Assembly (NCBI GenBank): GCA_964452925.1
Contig: CAYVNL010000065.1
Location: 1-28,348, forward strand
DNA: 28,348 nucleotides
DNA from: an uncultured Candidatus Saccharibacteria bacterium
GTDB taxonomy: Bacteria > Patescibacteriota > Minisyncoccia > Minisyncoccales > CSSED10-335
Direction of reading: 5' to 3'
In this document: positions 25,289 to 28,348 of the stretch, in pieces
How the letters are laid out: every line of letters starts with the position of its first letter
Numbering within the stretch: position 1 is the first letter of the stretch
Made by a program: the position numbers and the translations under genes
Notes under the pieces: generated by a model
What the model was told of the DNA's origin: nothing
Databases searched by the model: none
Seen by the model: the letters and a program-made list of their open reading frames with translations, nothing else

Positions 25289-26911
25289 TTAAAGCTTTTC
25301 CTTTTTTTCTTTAAGAAAATACCTCCATTGTTCTAGGAATTCAACAAAAATTAATAAAGGCATATCTATGAGCGCGTTAAAGAAAACGGTTATTACGTTA
25401 TATTTTTTCCATCTTATTGTTAACCATCTTCCAAAAAGTATAATGGGCAATGCAAAGATGTCTATAATCATTGTAAAGAAACCATCTCTTTTATCAATCA
25501 TATGAAGTTCTTTTGATTTTTCTCTTATTTTCGTACCAGCAAATGCTATTAATGATAAGAATATAATAAAAACAAAATAAGAAAATGGCGGAAAATTTAT
25601 TTTATTTAAACACCAAAAAATAAAACTTATTGATGCAATGAAACTTATTGAATATATTAAAAAAGATAAAAAGTTAAAAATAAAACCTTTTTTCCTAAAT
25701 TTTTTAATTTCATATATATCTTTTTTCTCGTTTCTATAAACAATTTTCATTGTTTCCATAACAACTTTTTCAATATTTTCTTTTGGCGGTGACTTTATTG
25801 TTATTACAAGAATAGCCATTATTATTGTTGGAACGAATATATCAACAGCATAAGCAATAGGGGAGAATTCTCCGTAAAAATATCTTGACACTGGTATTTC
25901 TATTACCAGAAGGGCAACTATATTGGTTAAAAATATAGATATGGTTGAGTAAAAGGCAGCTCTTTTTATTCTTGATTTAAGGCTGTTAAGTCTTTTCTTG
26001 TATTTTTCTCTTATAATTGATTCAAGTTTTGATGGGTTTAGTATTTTCTCTTTTAATTCAACAAACTCTTCATTAATTATATCACCAATAATTAGATATG
26101 GTGTATTGTATTTATGGCATATCTTGCTAATTTTTCCAGATAAAGGATGATTAAAGCTATAGTCAATATCGTTTTCTATCTCATGAATTGTGTTGGCGAT
26201 ATTCTTTATTTTATCAAAAGAAAAATTAGACCAATCTGGGTATTTATATTTTATTAAATGGTATCCTATGACAGAATCATCAAGGTCGAAAAGTGCCCTT
26301 TGAACATTTATAAGCACCTGCATGTTTTTCTCGTTTTCTGTTATTTTCTCACTTTTTAAAAGGCGATCACTTAAAACTATATAATCTTTAATTTTTTCAT
26401 ACATGAAATCCATTAAAGCCCTTTCTTTTATCGAAGTATCCAAAGACTCTTCTATCTCGCAAGCCGCTATAGAGAAAAGCCACTGCATAAAGCTTATTTG
26501 TGATTTTTTCTTATTTTTAGGTGCTTTATTTATTATAAATATATACTTATCTATTATTTTTTGAACTTCTTCTATTCTTGTTTCTTTTATTTTATTATTT
26601 GGAAAATGCCCAGATCTTATTAGTTCAAAAACCAAAGATTCAGCGTCAATTTTAACATCTATAATCTTACCATTTGTTAGGTTTATTTTTGGAAACACTT
26701 TACGTTTTAAAGATCTTTCAATGGCACTTCTTTTTAATAAGTGTTTTTCTTTCCAGTCTATAATACCTCTTATCTTTTCATAAAACGAAGCAACTCTTGA
26801 AGCAACCTCATCTACATGGATTGTTCCCGTTTGGCCTTGTTGTTCAAGTAATTCAACAGAAGATTTATTTTTATTTATTAATTTTTTTAACTCATTTGAT
26901 ATTTCATTCAT
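25289..26911 (-). CDS. Hypothetical polytopic membrane protein (about 315 aa soluble N-terminal region, several TM helices)
   Basis: 540 aa ORF 2 nt after the dnaE stop; hydrophobic segments from about aa 318 onward; no recognisable motif. Confidence 0.75.
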   Translation of the reverse strand: MNEISNELKKLINKNKSSVELLEQQGQTGTIHVDEVASRVASFYEKIRGIIDWKEKHLLKRSAIERSLKRKVFPKINLTNGKIIDVKIDAESLVFELIRSGHFPNNKIKETRIEEVQKIIDKYIFIINKAPKNKKKSQISFMQWLFSIAACEIEESLDTSIKERALMDFMYEKIKDYIVLSDRLLKSEKITENEKNMQVLINVQRALFDLDDSVIGYHLIKYKYPDWSNFSFDKIKNIANTIHEIENDIDYSFNHPLSGKISKICHKYNTPYLIIGDIINEEFVELKEKILNPSKLESIIREKYKKRLNSLKSRIKRAAFYSTISIFLTNIVALLVIEIPVSRYFYGEFSPIAYAVDIFVPTIIMAILVITIKSPPKENIEKVVMETMKIVYRNEKKDIYEIKKFRKKGFIFNFLSFLIYSISFIASISFIFWCLNKINFPPFSYFVFIIFLSLIAFAGTKIREKSKELHMIDKRDGFFTMIIDIFALPIILFGRWLTIRWKKYNVITVFFNALIDMPLLIFVEFLEQWRYFLKEKKEKL

Positions 26912-26913
26912 TT

Positions 26914-28348
26914 TTATGATTCTATTATTTCTTCTGCCTGCTCACATATTATTTTAGGAGATTCGTCCCTATAGTCTACCTTACCGATAATAAAAGCTAT
27001 TTTGTTTTCTTCAAATATTCCGGGGCATTTTTCTAGAGTATCAGAAAAGGCAATAACTTCTATTCTATCTGTTAAATCCTCTAAACCAACAAACATCATT
27101 GGCTTACCGGATTTAGTAATAATTTTTTTAGTGCTTGATATTATTCCACCAACCCTTATTTTTTGTCCAGAAATTGTTTTTTTTGCTTTTATTAGGGGAG
27201 TTGTTTTTTTAGATAGTATTTCTTTAAATTCTTCTAATGGGTGACTTGTTATAAACAATCCCAATAACTCTTTTTCCCATTTTAAAAGATCATTCTTTTT
27301 AGCGGGAGGAACGTCTTTTAGTTTTATTTCATTTTGACTAAAGTTTGTCTTTTCGAATAGATTTTTTTGACCATTGGAACCGTTTTTGTTTATTTCTTTT
27401 ATGCCATCAAGTATTGTGTCCATATTTTGAATTATTTTATTTCTTTCCATTATACTATCAAAAACACCGGCCTTAGCCATGCTTTCTAAAGACTTTTTAT
27501 TTAAATTTTTATTTTTAACCCTAGAAATGAAATCGTTTAAAGAAGTAAATGGTCCTTTCTTTTTTCTTTCTTCTACTATGGCCTCTGTTATTCCCATTCC
27601 AACATTTTTTATTGCAGATAAACCAAATCTTATCTGTTTTTTATTTGGAACAACGCTAAAAAAAACAAAACTTTCGTTTATATCTGGAGCCAAAACCTCT
27701 ATTTTCATTCTTTTACACTCTTCAATTAAAAAAGAGGTTCTCTCAATATCTTTCCGGTCAGATGTTAATAGCGAAGACATAAACTCTGTTGGGTAGTGAG
27801 ATTTAAGCCAGGCTGTTTGATAGGCTATTGTTGCATAACCAGCCGAATGACTTTTATTGAAACCATAACTAGCAAAAGGTATAATCCATTCCCAAATTTT
27901 TTCAGCAATGTTTTTATTAACATTATTGTTTACACAACCATTAATGAATTTATCTTTTTGTTCCATCAAAAGATCTATAATTTTCTTACCCATAGCCTTC
28001 CTAAGTATATCTGCCTCTGCAAGAGAAAAACCAGCAAGATCTCTAGCTATACTCATTACTTGTTCTTGGTATAGAGGTATAGAGTGTGTGCTTTCTAGTA
28101 TAGGTTTAAGTTTTTCGTGTATATATTCTGGTTTTTTTTGCTTGTTTTTTCTTGCTATATAGTCTGGTATAAGCTCCATTGGTCCTGGTCTATAAAGAGC
28201 AACCATTGCAATAATATCCTCAAATTCAGTGGGTTTTAATTGTTTTAAATATCTTTGCATACCTCCAGATTCTAGTTGAAAAACGCCTATGGTTTGACCT
28301 CTTCTCAACAATTCATATGTTTCTTTGTCGTTTAGTGGTAGTTTTTCA
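26914..28348 (-). CDS. dnaE: DNA polymerase III alpha subunit, C-terminal part; gene continues beyond the window end
   Basis: GVFQLESGGM; ALYRPGPM; LYQEQVM; ADILRKAMGKK; YGFNKSH; RFGLSAIKNVG; EKELLGLFITSHPL; OB fold. Frame is open to base 28348 (EKLPLNDKETYELLRRG). Confidence 0.97.
   Translation of the reverse strand, partial: EKLPLNDKETYELLRRGQTIGVFQLESGGMQRYLKQLKPTEFEDIIAMVALYRPGPMELIPDYIARKNKQKKPEYIHEKLKPILESTHSIPLYQEQVMSIARDLAGFSLAEADILRKAMGKKIIDLLMEQKDKFINGCVNNNVNKNIAEKIWEWIIPFASYGFNKSHSAGYATIAYQTAWLKSHYPTEFMSSLLTSDRKDIERTSFLIEECKRMKIEVLAPDINESFVFFSVVPNKKQIRFGLSAIKNVGMGITEAIVEERKKKGPFTSLNDFISRVKNKNLNKKSLESMAKAGVFDSIMERNKIIQNMDTILDGIKEINKNGSNGQKNLFEKTNFSQNEIKLKDVPPAKKNDLLKWEKELLGLFITSHPLEEFKEILSKKTTPLIKAKKTISGQKIRVGGIISSTKKIITKSGKPMMFVGLEDLTDRIEVIAFSDTLEKCPGIFEENKIAFIIGKVDYRDESPKIICEQAEEIIES

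Noticed and set aside
26914-28348. Split or intein-containing DnaE
   Set aside because: The apparent short ORF is due to the window edge; the frame stays open, and the YGFNKSH region is uninterrupted.

Overview
AT-rich, gene-dense core chromosome of a bacterium using genetic code 11 (TGA is a stop). It is probably Patescibacteria/CPR (Parcubacteria-like). That is inferred from the terminally reduced uL13, extended uS9/uS11, near absence of Shine-Dalgarno motifs, collapsed lipid-synthesis gene order and CPR-type hypothetical membrane proteins. Four transcription blocks are visible: (1) infA-rpmJ-rpsM-rpsK-rpsD-rpoA-rplQ-rplM-rpsI; (2) murA-mreB-holB-frr-rseP-mreB-gatC-gatA plus a membrane protein with a HEPN-like RNxxxH motif, divergent from a PEGA/propeller gene; (3) gyrB, then secE-nusG-rplK running without rplA into a dCMP deaminase / dUTPase-fold / ThyA / DHFR / DeoC cluster and gatB, divergent from three tRNAs; (4) on the minus strand, dnaE (cut by the window edge), a membrane protein, miaB and miaA. 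No mobile element, prophage or CRISPR array was found. The best candidates for new biology are the deoxypyrimidine cluster, where three of five enzymes have altered catalytic or phosphate-binding motifs; an initiator tRNA with several departures from bacterial consensus; the membrane-anchored HEPN-like protein; and two symmetric divergent promoter pairs, one predicting a leaderless mRNA. All motif alignments were done by eye against remembered family consensus; no searches were run.
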